Below the pieces are notes generated by a model. The model made no database searches, had not been told where the DNA came from, and was given only the letters and a program-made list of their open reading frames with translations. From contig CBDFKD010000002.1 in assembly GCA_965248695.1 (NCBI GenBank), positions 1,792,001 through 1,856,000 on the forward strand: a stretch of 64,000 nucleotides of DNA. The letters run 5' to 3'. Source of the stretch: Acidobacteriota bacterium (lineage in GTDB: Bacteria > Acidobacteriota > UBA890 > WLXD01). Of this stretch, positions 37,448-45,843 are shown piece after piece; the first letter of the stretch is position 1; every line of letters starts with the position of its first letter. Made by a program: the position numbers and the translations under genes.

Positions 37448-39028
37448 CTAGGAACGCATCAGCAGGCGCAGGATGAAGACGACCGTGAGCACGCTGCCGA
37501 CCGTCGACACTGAGACCAGCTGCCACACGCGGCGTCGTCGAACGAGTTGGTCGGTCTCGACCACGGGAATGCTTGCCAGCACGTCGATCGACGCGTAGCG
37601 CTCGACTTCGGAGGCCGAGTTGAGCGGCTCGCGCAGCATCTCGCGCAGCACGACCGAAACACAGGTCAACGCCAGGCCGACAACGATGCCACCCAGCAGG
37701 TAGAGGATCCGGCTCGGGGATCCGGGGACCTCGGGCACCGCTGCCGGATCGACGATTCGAAAACTGGCGAAGGGGCTGCCGATTCGCTGCAGATTGCCCG
37801 CCAGCTCCGCCTCGACGGTGCGTCCCGACAGATCCTGGTACGTCTGCGAAAGGCTGTCATGATCGCGATCTAGCTCCCGCAGCCTCTCTTCGACCGCGGG
37901 TGAATCCACGATGCGCTGCTCGTACTCGGCAATCTGTCTGCGCAGCCCAGCGCGCGTCGTCTCGAGACCGCTGACCAGCTGTCGCGCCACCGAGATCGCG
38001 GGATGCGGCTCCACTCCGACGCCTTGTTCCGTCGTCGACGTCCACGCCGCCGAATAGGCGGGCCCTGCAGCAGCGGCGCGCTCGGCGCGCTCGATCTCTG
38101 CATCAAGCGCCGCCACGTCGGGATGACGAGCGGTGAATCGCTGCAGCAGTGAGCCTCGTCGAAGCCTCAGCGCCTCCAAGCGTACGAGCGGTTGCTCGCT
38201 CGCGAGCCGGGCGTCGAGCCCGACAGCGGAAGTTGACGCGACGATCTGACGTGCCCGGTCCAGCGCCGTCAGGCTGGCCGCCTGGCCGGGTGCGAGCCCC
38301 ACCAGCGCCTCCTCCTGCCGCTGCTGGGCGCGCGCCACGGTCAGCCGTCCGGAGTTATCACGCAGTTGCTGGTTCAGCCCTGCCAGCGTGCTGATGTTGC
38401 TCGCCAGTTGCTCCGGTAGCCTGCCGATGTTCGCTGCTTTGAAATCACGGATCGCACTCTCCTTGCTCTGCAGCTGCAGCCGGACATTGTCGAATTGATC
38501 CTGGATCTCGCTCGAGGTGTTCTGAACCTGGCGCTCTACCGTCCCGGTGCTGTCGGCCATGAAGAATCCCGCCAGCGCGTTGGCAACGGTGGCGGCCATC
38601 TTCGGGTCTTCGTGCGTGTACGAGAGGCGAAAAGCCTCCGTGCCGATGACTTCGACGCCGATGCGGCCGCGAACGCTAGCCAACCTGGTTTCCCAGGGCG
38701 TGGCATCGCCCGGCGTGCTGTACAGATCAAACTCGTCGATGAGCCTTTCGATTCGAGTTCGGCTGAGCGTTTGCTCGCTGAGCGTCCTTAGCTGGGCGCG
38801 AAAGTTTACTGTCGACGTCGAAGCGACGTAGTTGACTGGCAGGTCGAATTCCTCGACCAGCACCAGCGTCGATGCGGTGTAGCGGTCGGGGATGAACAAC
38901 GAGTGGCCGTACGCCAGCGCTCCGACCACCAGTGCGCAGGCCACAGCCATGAACCGGCAACGCCACAGAACCTGAAACAGATCCGCCGGCTGGAGGTCCT
39001 CAGCACGTAGCACGGGCGCTCCTGGCAA
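37448..39028 (-). CDS. Polysaccharide co-polymerase / chain-length determinant (no kinase domain)
   Basis: PDRYTASTLVLVE, LSRTRIERLI, coiled coils, FTARHPDV, FRIVDPAAVP..PSR; TM helices at both ends. Confidence 0.88.
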   Translation of the reverse strand: MPGAPVLRAEDLQPADLFQVLWRCRFMAVACALVVGALAYGHSLFIPDRYTASTLVLVEEFDLPVNYVASTSTVNFRAQLRTLSEQTLSRTRIERLIDEFDLYSTPGDATPWETRLASVRGRIGVEVIGTEAFRLSYTHEDPKMAATVANALAGFFMADSTGTVERQVQNTSSEIQDQFDNVRLQLQSKESAIRDFKAANIGRLPEQLASNISTLAGLNQQLRDNSGRLTVARAQQRQEEALVGLAPGQAASLTALDRARQIVASTSAVGLDARLASEQPLVRLEALRLRRGSLLQRFTARHPDVAALDAEIERAERAAAAGPAYSAAWTSTTEQGVGVEPHPAISVARQLVSGLETTRAGLRRQIAEYEQRIVDSPAVEERLRELDRDHDSLSQTYQDLSGRTVEAELAGNLQRIGSPFASFRIVDPAAVPEVPGSPSRILYLLGGIVVGLALTCVSVVLREMLREPLNSASEVERYASIDVLASIPVVETDQLVRRRRVWQLVSVSTVGSVLTVVFILRLLMRS

Positions 39029-40328
39029 TGCTGAGAGGATTGAAGCCTGGCGCGCTCGACGATCCGATCGGGGCCGGGTTCAGCTGTAGGCGGACGCCAA
39101 CCGCGATGCGATAGGTGTCTACCCCCTGGCCCTGCAGATCTGCTCCGCCAATCTGGTGCGCCTGAAGCGCCATGCCAACTACCGAGATTCCGTTCGCCAC
39201 GCGCACCCCGCCTCCGACGCGTGTCGTCCATGTATCGATGGCGTCCGGGGAGGAGAATCCAGGCGATGCACCGGCAGAACTGAGCGGGTGGTTGCGGGCG
39301 AAGCCGAAGTGTCCAATCAGGCTCCATCGCTGTGTTTGCGTGCCAATGCTGCCGGTAGCGCGGTCGCGGATCGTGGGGCGGCCGATTCCGGTAGTGAACC
39401 CGACGTCGCGTTCTGCCAGCAACCCGAGCGCTACACGATCCACGGCGTGGCTCAGCCGAGCACTGGCGATGTAGCCCGGCGAGCCGACAGCGTCGCCGAA
39501 CCCGGGAGCGTCGATATCCTGCAGCTCCTACAGCCACAGCACCCCGCCACGAATACGGAGCCGGGTTTGCAGCCCCACGCGATAGTCGACGCCGGCGCTG
39601 GCCGATGCGGTGCGTGCTTTCGATCCGTTGTCGAATCGACCCAGGCTGGCGCTCACACCGGCGGACAGCGAAACGCGCTCGGTCACTCCGCGGCCGTAGT
39701 CAACCGACACCGAATAGTCGTCGCTGCCGGTGAGGGAGGCCTCGGTCGGCTCCTCATCCGGGAATCGCACCCGTCGGTATCGGGCCGTCAACGAGACACT
39801 GTCGCGCGGCGTCAGCTGGTGCTGAAGCGCCGCATCGACGTCAGCGCGGGCCTGTCGTGATCGCGGCACGACGATCTCGGTGGCGTCGAGCCCACGGAGC
39901 TCATTCGAGACGTACGCATCACCGTTCAGGAGGAACCGCGTCCGCGGCGATAGCTCACCGACGATTGACACGCGCCCCGACTGCTCGAAGTTGCTCGCGA
40001 TCTGGCTATCGTTGTAGCGCTGATAGCCGGGGCTATAGCTGAGGTCGGCGCTCCATCTCGGGCCCCGGAACTGGAACGGCAAGTCAGCGCTCACCGCCAG
40101 CACCCCGGACTCGCGGGGGTCGCCGGCCAGTCTCAAGGGGTTGCTCGTGAGGCTGCCGAGAATCGTCAGCGCTGGCGCGAAGGTAGAGCGGTTGTCGACC
40201 TGAAGCGTACCCGCCTGTGGGCTCGATGTGGACTGCGCCAACGCGAAGCCGGACGGGCTCACCGCTGTGGCCACGGCCACGAGCGCTGCGACCAGCCACG
40301 CGAAGCTCACGCTCCGGCGCGTCGACAA
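39000..40328 (-). pseudogene. Outer-membrane beta-barrel of EPS export, interrupted by in-frame TAG at 39528-39530
   Basis: Signal peptide ending ALA-Q; alternating beta-strand pattern; ORFs 39528..40391 and 39000..39443 share a frame and the sequence between them is open. Confidence 0.68.
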
Positions 40329-40335
40329 CGCTTCA

Positions 40336-41559
40336 TTAGGGCACATAGATGACGTCTCCCGCTTGCAGCACGAGCTCGCCCGTATCGGCACGACCCTTCA
40401 TCACATCGCCGTAGCGGTAGGGAATGCGCACCCGCTGATTGCCGACAGTGCGCAGGATCGTTACGCCGTTCTGGTTGGCGAACTCGGTGGGGCCACCTGC
40501 CATCGAGATCGCCTGCAACACGTTGATGTTGCGATCGAGCGTGACCGGGCCCGGCTGGCCAACACGGCCGAGGACGTACACGACCAGGCTCTTGATGTCG
40601 GTGACGGAGACCGTCACGGTAGGCATCTGGACGAAATCGAGCAGCAGGCTGGTGATCTCGGATTCCAGCTGGGCCGCGGTCTTTCCGGCAGCCTTCAGCT
40701 CGCCCACGAGGGGCAACGAGATGTAGCCATCGGGACGCACTGGGACCCGCCGGCTCAGTTCCTCGTTGCGCCAAACGAACACGTCGACCTGATCGCCCGG
40801 GCCGAGCCGGTAGTCACCGCTCGCGAACGATCTCGGCCGCGTCGATTGCCTGTCGAACGAAGCCCCGAGCCCGGCGAAGTCGTCTGTCGGCGCGTAGGCT
40901 AGCATCGCAGGCGCCGCAGGCGTCCGACGAAGTGCGCTGGCAGACATCGGTGCCGGAATCGGCGCAGACTGCCCATGGCTCTGCATCGCCCCGTTCATCG
41001 AGGCCTGGCGTGGAAGCCGGCGTTGCACGACCGGCGACACAGGCGGCAGATCGACGACCGTGGGCCCGCCCGCCTGAGCGGCACTATTGCTCGACAGGTA
41101 GGCGCGTACGCCAGCAAGCTCGGCGACATCCGTGGAACGCTGGCCCAGCACAGGCGCCTGATCCGGCGACGCAGGCCACAGACTGTTTTGCTGCGGCAGC
41201 CACGCGACGCCGTCGTCCGCCATCCAGCTCGAATCACCGCCGACGTAGGGACCCGCGAGCACATCGCTCGGGACGACACCGGTCGAACGTCCGGGAAGGC
41301 TCATTACCAACGCTGATCCGGGCGTGTTGGTGATGAAGACGCGATCTTCGCCGGCCGCTGTCGAGACACTCATGGGAGCATCCGCCACACGGACGGGAAT
41401 CGAGCTATTCGTCGAAGCCACGACACGCACCGGGATTCGCGGCTGCGAGCCCACTCGCGGACGGGCGGCCTGCTGGGCGGTGGTCGCTCCCGGCACCAAG
41501 AGTAGGCCGATAAGTCCCAGCGCCGCGACAGCGCGTCCAGCTCGACGTTCGACGTGCAT
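40336..41559 (-). CDS. Polysaccharide export (OPX/Wza-family) protein with long low-complexity N-terminus
   Basis: DYRLGPGDQVDVFVW, VRPDGYISLPLVGELKAAGKT, SLBB motif LQAISMAGG, LQAGDVIYVP; SD GGAGAG before ATG 41559. Confidence 0.88.
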   Translation of the reverse strand: MHVERRAGRAVAALGLIGLLLVPGATTAQQAARPRVGSQPRIPVRVVASTNSSIPVRVADAPMSVSTAAGEDRVFITNTPGSALVMSLPGRSTGVVPSDVLAGPYVGGDSSWMADDGVAWLPQQNSLWPASPDQAPVLGQRSTDVAELAGVRAYLSSNSAAQAGGPTVVDLPPVSPVVQRRLPRQASMNGAMQSHGQSAPIPAPMSASALRRTPAAPAMLAYAPTDDFAGLGASFDRQSTRPRSFASGDYRLGPGDQVDVFVWRNEELSRRVPVRPDGYISLPLVGELKAAGKTAAQLESEITSLLLDFVQMPTVTVSVTDIKSLVVYVLGRVGQPGPVTLDRNINVLQAISMAGGPTEFANQNGVTILRTVGNQRVRIPYRYGDVMKGRADTGELVLQAGDVIYVP

Positions 41560-41627
41560 CGATCTCTCCGCGGACGCGCCTGTCGGCAGCGCCCCGTTTG
41601 GACTCTGGTTCAAGCAGACATCCTCTG

Positions 41628-41643
41628 TGCAATCGCCGTGCCA
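41628..41643 (-). promoter_or_regulatory. Sigma-54 promoter of the long EPS minus-strand arm
   Basis: TGGCAC-GGCGA-TTGCA on the minus strand, about 70 bp upstream of the OPX ATG. Confidence 0.82.
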
Positions 41644-41778
41644 CCTCGAACGGCGGATCGTGCTCTGACGAGAGTCGGCGAACGCCGCGTATGTCGCTTT
41701 GTTCATTGAACTTCCGATGTGTCGGTGGCGACGCCCGGCGATCCGGCCGAAGGCTGGACACTGGAGGCTCCGCGCCGG

Positions 41779-41814
41779 GGAAAAAGGCTTCCGAGCGATG
41801 GGAAAAGAATTTCC
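41779..41814. promoter_or_regulatory. Tandem palindromic candidate enhancer sites
   Basis: GGAAAAAGGCTTCC at 41779-41792 and GGAAAAGAATTTCC at 41801-41814, 22 bp apart. Confidence 0.62.
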
Positions 41815-41815
41815 A

Positions 41816-42739
41816 CTACTCACCGGATGGGTGTTGCGGCGCCAGCGCCCGCAGCTTCGTGGACAGCGCCTTGTAGCTGATCCCGAGCAACGCCGCGGCC
41901 CGATGTCGATCGCCCGCAACGGATTCGAGCGCGCGCGCCAGCCACGAGCGTTCGGCATCTCGGACCACGAGTCGACGAATCTCCTTGAGTCGCACAGGTT
42001 GGCCTTGCTCGAGTGCTTCGAAAGCAGCTGTCTTCGGTTCAAGCGCCCAATCGCCGGCTACAGCACCGGTAAGTCGGCGCACCTCGAGGCGAGCGGCCAC
42101 CCGTGCGTCTCGCTGACGGACGGCGGCAGCGGCGAAGGAGTCAATGTCGGCCAGCGCTCCCGGCCATCGATAACCGCGCAGGTAGCTGAGCGCTCGATCG
42201 ACGCCCCAGGGCAACGCCAGACTGCCGTCTTGCGTATGCCTGGCGAGGTAGTGGTCGAGCAGCGGCGGCAGGTCCGCGTCTCGGTTGCGCAGCGGTTGTA
42301 GATCGACCGCAATCAGCCGATCACGGAGAGCGCGCAGCAAGGATTCGTCGCCTCCGGAGCTGACCGCCAGGATGCGCGCGGTGCGGCGCGATGCGCGCTC
42401 GATCCGTTCTGCCACGTCGAGTTGCGCCGACGCCGCTAGGCGGCCAGGCTCGGCGATCAGGAGCGATCCGCACGCCGCCCGTTTGCAGGCGACGCCAAGC
42501 TCGGCAATTTGATCCTCTGCGGAGCGCTTTCCGAGCGACGTCCCGGCCACCTCCACCAGAGGCGCCTGAGCTCTTCCCGCCCGGTGCAGGGTCGACGCGA
42601 CCCAGCAACGCCCCCCTCCGGGCTCTCCTCTGAAGATCACGCCCACCGGAACGGCCGCCAGGCGATCGATCGTGCGGGCGAGGCCGGATTCCGGAGGCGT
42701 AGGATACGCGACGCTCCGGATATCTATCGGGGAATCCAT
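41816..42739 (-). CDS. Degenerate sigma-54 activator-like protein with Fis-type HTH
   Basis: VIFRGEPGGGR (no Lys), no GAFTGA, LLIAE in place of Walker B; retains PLRNRDADLP and YRWPG; HTH RAAALLGISYKAL. Confidence 0.78.
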   Translation of the reverse strand: MDSPIDIRSVAYPTPPESGLARTIDRLAAVPVGVIFRGEPGGGRCWVASTLHRAGRAQAPLVEVAGTSLGKRSAEDQIAELGVACKRAACGSLLIAEPGRLAASAQLDVAERIERASRRTARILAVSSGGDESLLRALRDRLIAVDLQPLRNRDADLPPLLDHYLARHTQDGSLALPWGVDRALSYLRGYRWPGALADIDSFAAAAVRQRDARVAARLEVRRLTGAVAGDWALEPKTAAFEALEQGQPVRLKEIRRLVVRDAERSWLARALESVAGDRHRAAALLGISYKALSTKLRALAPQHPSGE

Positions 42740-42752
42740 GTGGGCGCTTTAG

Positions 42753-42768
42753 TGCAAGCGATATGCCA
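42753..42768 (-). promoter_or_regulatory. Sigma-54 promoter of the pseudo-activator
   Basis: TGGCAT-ATCGC-TTGCA on the minus strand, 13 nt upstream of ATG 42739. Confidence 0.78.
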
Positions 42769-42886
42769 CGCCCGGGGCGGAAACAGGCCGTCTCCTAGCG
42801 CAACGCTGACACGGTCGTGGGCGTGTCCTGGCCCCTCCTGCCCGGCAAGCTCAAGAAGCGCCAGGCCAGAGCTATGTGGCCAGGAG

Positions 42887-42900
42887 GGAAAGAGTTTTCC
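42887..42900. promoter_or_regulatory. Palindromic candidate enhancer site
   Basis: GGAAA-GAGT-TTTCC with perfect arms, about 120 bp upstream of the 42753 promoter. Confidence 0.6.
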
Positions 42901-42971
42901 CCCTATGGGCACCTAGCAGGCCGTGGTGGAAGTGTGGCGCCCACGCATCGGAGCAGCGAGTTCGCGTAGGT

Positions 42972-44324
42972 TCAGGCGGCGCTGATGCCGCAGTCGCGAA
43001 TCTTGTAGAGCAGGGCCTTGTAGCTGATATGCAGGAGCTCGGCCGCCTTGCGGCGGTTCCAACGTGTCTGCTCGAGCGCCCGGCGGATAAGCTCGCCCTC
43101 GACTTCCAGCGCCGCCAATCGCGAAACCTCTTTGAGCGGCGGGATGGTCCCCTCTGCACCGATCAGCGCATCCACGTCGAAACGGCTCGCGGCTGGCTCC
43201 GGCCTTGAAACCAGTGACTCGATGCTGCCTTCGACGTCCTCGAGAACCACCATACGCCGGATCAAATTTTGTAGCTCACGAACGTTGCCCGGCCAGTCGT
43301 GCTGCGACAGTGCCTCCAGCGTCTGCTGTGACAGCAACCCCAGGCTGCGCTCGTACTCGCGCTCATAGCGACGCACGAAGTGCTGCGCCAGCAGCGGGAT
43401 CTCATCGCGACGCTGGCGCAAAGGCGGCACTTCGACGCGAACGACGTTCAAACGGTAGAACAGATCCTTGCGGAATGAGCCCTCGAAGATCTCTTGCTCC
43501 AGGTCCCGATTGGTCGAGGCAACGACACGGGCGTCGATGTTCATCTCGCACTTGGCCCCAAGTCGATAGTAACTGCCGTCCTGCAACACCTGCAGCAGCT
43601 TCGCCTGTGTTCCGCCAGCGATCTCACCGATCTCGTCGAGCAAGATCGTGCCGCCGTTGGCGAGCTCGAACTTCCCCGGCTTGTCGCGATCGGCGCCGGT
43701 AAAAGCGCCGCGCTCGTAGCCGAACAACTCCGACTCCAGCAGCTGGTCAGGCAGCGCGGGACAGTTGACCTTGACGAACGCACCGGTCGAGCGGCCCGAA
43801 AAGCGGTGCAGCTCACGTGCGACAACTTCCTTACCCACACCACTGTCGCCTGTGATCAGCACCGGGACATCCGTATCGGCCACCTGTCGAACCAACTCGC
43901 GTATCGCACGCATCGGCGCCGAGCCCACCACCAGCTCGTCGCCGCCAAGACTGACAGCCGACTCCAGGAGCCGAACCAATGCCGCATCGATGGCATCGCA
44001 GGCGCCGGCGCGCCTGATTCCCGCGACGCGCTCGCGCTGCGTCAGCGAGTCCATGCCGACGCTATCGAGCTCGTCGCACAGCAGCAGCACCGGAATCGAT
44101 CGACCCGCTGCTTGCAGCGCGTCGAGGGCTCCCTCCAACGAGTCTTCATGGTCGGCATCGAACACGATTGCCTGCGGACGGAAGCCGTTGCGTAGCACTT
44201 CGAGCGCCTCTGTGCGGCTGCTTGCCGCGACGACGCGATATCCGCTTCCGTGCAACGTCGCCCGCAGGCGCGCACCGCCCGGACCGCGATCGACGAGCAA
44301 GATTTTCTTGGGGTCGCGAGTCAT
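42972..44324 (-). CDS. Sigma-54-dependent activator (bEBP) with atypical receiver-like domain
   Basis: ITGDSGVGKE, ESELFGYERGAFTGA, ILLDEIGE, FRKDLFYRLNV, WPGNVREL, Fis HTH; SD GGAGGT before ATG 44324. Confidence 0.92.
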   Translation of the reverse strand: MTRDPKKILLVDRGPGGARLRATLHGSGYRVVAASSRTEALEVLRNGFRPQAIVFDADHEDSLEGALDALQAAGRSIPVLLLCDELDSVGMDSLTQRERVAGIRRAGACDAIDAALVRLLESAVSLGGDELVVGSAPMRAIRELVRQVADTDVPVLITGDSGVGKEVVARELHRFSGRSTGAFVKVNCPALPDQLLESELFGYERGAFTGADRDKPGKFELANGGTILLDEIGEIAGGTQAKLLQVLQDGSYYRLGAKCEMNIDARVVASTNRDLEQEIFEGSFRKDLFYRLNVVRVEVPPLRQRRDEIPLLAQHFVRRYEREYERSLGLLSQQTLEALSQHDWPGNVRELQNLIRRMVVLEDVEGSIESLVSRPEPAASRFDVDALIGAEGTIPPLKEVSRLAALEVEGELIRRALEQTRWNRRKAAELLHISYKALLYKIRDCGISAA

Positions 44325-44501
44325 GCCGACCTCCCAGGTACTAGGGCTGACAGGAATCGGCTGACCCCAGACGGTGAGGCCAGTCGGTCGCAAATCAACC
44401 TATGGGAATCGGATTACCCACAGCAATCCAGAATGTTTCCCACCCTCGACTCGACAGTGATCGAGCGGACAGGAGTTGCGTCTGCTGTGCAGAAGTGCGC
44501 C

Positions 44502-45542
44502 TCAGATTGCGCCCGCTCCGCGTAGCAAGCGCTCGACTGCGCGCTCCCAGGAATGGCGTTGCGCCACCCCGAGACCCGTTCGACCCAGCTCGGGGGCCAC
44601 ATCGGACCGAGTCGCACGCCGCAATGCGGCAGCCACCCCTGCAGGCTCCGGCGACACCACGAATCCCGTCTCGCCGTCGACCACCAGTTCGGCCGGGCCA
44701 CCAGAATCGACACACGTGATCACTGGCTTGGCGGAGCTGAACGCCTCCAGTGTAACGAGGCCATAGTCTTCCGACTCAGCGCCATACCAGACTGCCGAGC
44801 AGCGCGCGTACGCCTCGACGAGCTCAGGCTCGGTGAGGCGACCGAGGAACTCGACTCGGTCACTGATCCGCAGGGACTCCGCCAGCCCGCGCAAGCGCGC
44901 TGCCTCCGGCCCCTCGCCGGCAACGCGAATCGCAACGCCCGGCGCTTCGGCTGCCGCCCGTAGCAACAACGCATTGCGCTTGAGCGGCTGGAGCCGCGCC
45001 ACTGAAAGCACTGCGCCGTCGTAGCCGTCACAGCGATAGGGGCGCTGCGGCGCAGGAGGATGAAGGACCTCGGCCTCGGTGCCACCCCAGCGCTCGAGGC
45101 GGCGACGTATGGTTTCGGATTGCGCGAAGACCTTTCGGCTCCTGCCCAGAAGGCGCCGGTCGAGGCGGTGCAGGAGTCGCCGGCGCGCGCCTTCGACCAG
45201 GCGGCCGCGCACTCCGAGATTGACGCGGAAGCTCTGCCAGAGATCGTAGTACTCGCGCATCCGGTGGTTCAGCCAGACCACGTGATGCGGATGCCGCACG
45301 GCGTAGGACGGAAAGCGCAAGCTGATGACCACATCGATCGGCTCGCCGTCGCCGGTTACGCCGACGTCGGTGAGCCAGGTCGCCAGGTAGGCTGAGAACT
45401 GCCGTCCGAACCGGTTCTGCGGGGTGGTCAGCACCTCCGCGGAGTGGCCCTGGTCGCGCAGCGCACGGACCAGCGAACGGGCGATGACACGGTGCCCACC
45501 CTCCACCAACGGCACGTCGGAAGTAACTACGAGGGCTCGCAA
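44502..45542 (-). CDS. Glycosyltransferase family 4
   Basis: VPLVEGG, HRMREYYDLW, RLQPLKR, EDYGLVTLEAFSSAKPVITCVDSGGP. Confidence 0.88.
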   Translation of the reverse strand: MRALVVTSDVPLVEGGHRVIARSLVRALRDQGHSAEVLTTPQNRFGRQFSAYLATWLTDVGVTGDGEPIDVVISLRFPSYAVRHPHHVVWLNHRMREYYDLWQSFRVNLGVRGRLVEGARRRLLHRLDRRLLGRSRKVFAQSETIRRRLERWGGTEAEVLHPPAPQRPYRCDGYDGAVLSVARLQPLKRNALLLRAAAEAPGVAIRVAGEGPEAARLRGLAESLRISDRVEFLGRLTEPELVEAYARCSAVWYGAESEDYGLVTLEAFSSAKPVITCVDSGGPAELVVDGETGFVVSPEPAGVAAALRRATRSDVAPELGRTGLGVAQRHSWERAVERLLRGAGAI

Positions 45543-45794
45543 GCTATGCGGCCATGGCGGTCATGTGGCGGGCCTGGTTGCAGCGAGCTGTGGGTGCGTC
45601 GATGGTCGTCAACGATGGTGCGATCATCGCCTTCTCCTTTCTCCTACAGCTTCCGCACCGCGGCGATTGTTGCAGAAAAACCACACCTCCGCGGGTCCAA
45701 ATGTGGCACAAACACCACATCGTGCTTCCCGACGAACTCGAGAATCCGCCCGAACCGTCTGGAAACAAAGGACTTCGATCGATCGACACAATGT

Positions 45795-45810
45795 CGGCAC
45801 GGAGATTGCT
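45795..45810 (+). promoter_or_regulatory. Putative sigma-54 promoter of lpxC
   Basis: CGGCAC-GGAGA-TTGCT, 33 nt upstream of the lpxC ATG. Confidence 0.65.
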
Positions 45811-45843
45811 TGTCCATTAGCGGGGATCTACTCGAGAGCTTTG

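Noticed and set aside
39528-39530. Pyrrolysine or genome-wide TAG recoding
   Set aside because: TAG is the normal stop for many genes here (moaC, ruvB, purH, yebC) and no pyl genes are in the window
41560-42042. Extended N-termini in the ORF track (OPX from 42042, GWxTD from 10900, lpxC from 45424, yebC from 60181, ruvC from 59457)
   Set aside because: They overlap neighbouring genes or promoters; downstream starts fit SD sites, signal peptides or family N-termini better
45544-45720. tmRNA, suggested by a short ORF ending in AA-stop
   Set aside because: No tRNA-like GGGG 5' end or T-arm/CCA end, and the ORF has its own SD and ATG
45704-45725. TGGCAC at 45704 as another sigma-54 promoter
   Set aside because: No TTGC at the required spacing; it fits better as part of the TGT-N12-ACA dyad
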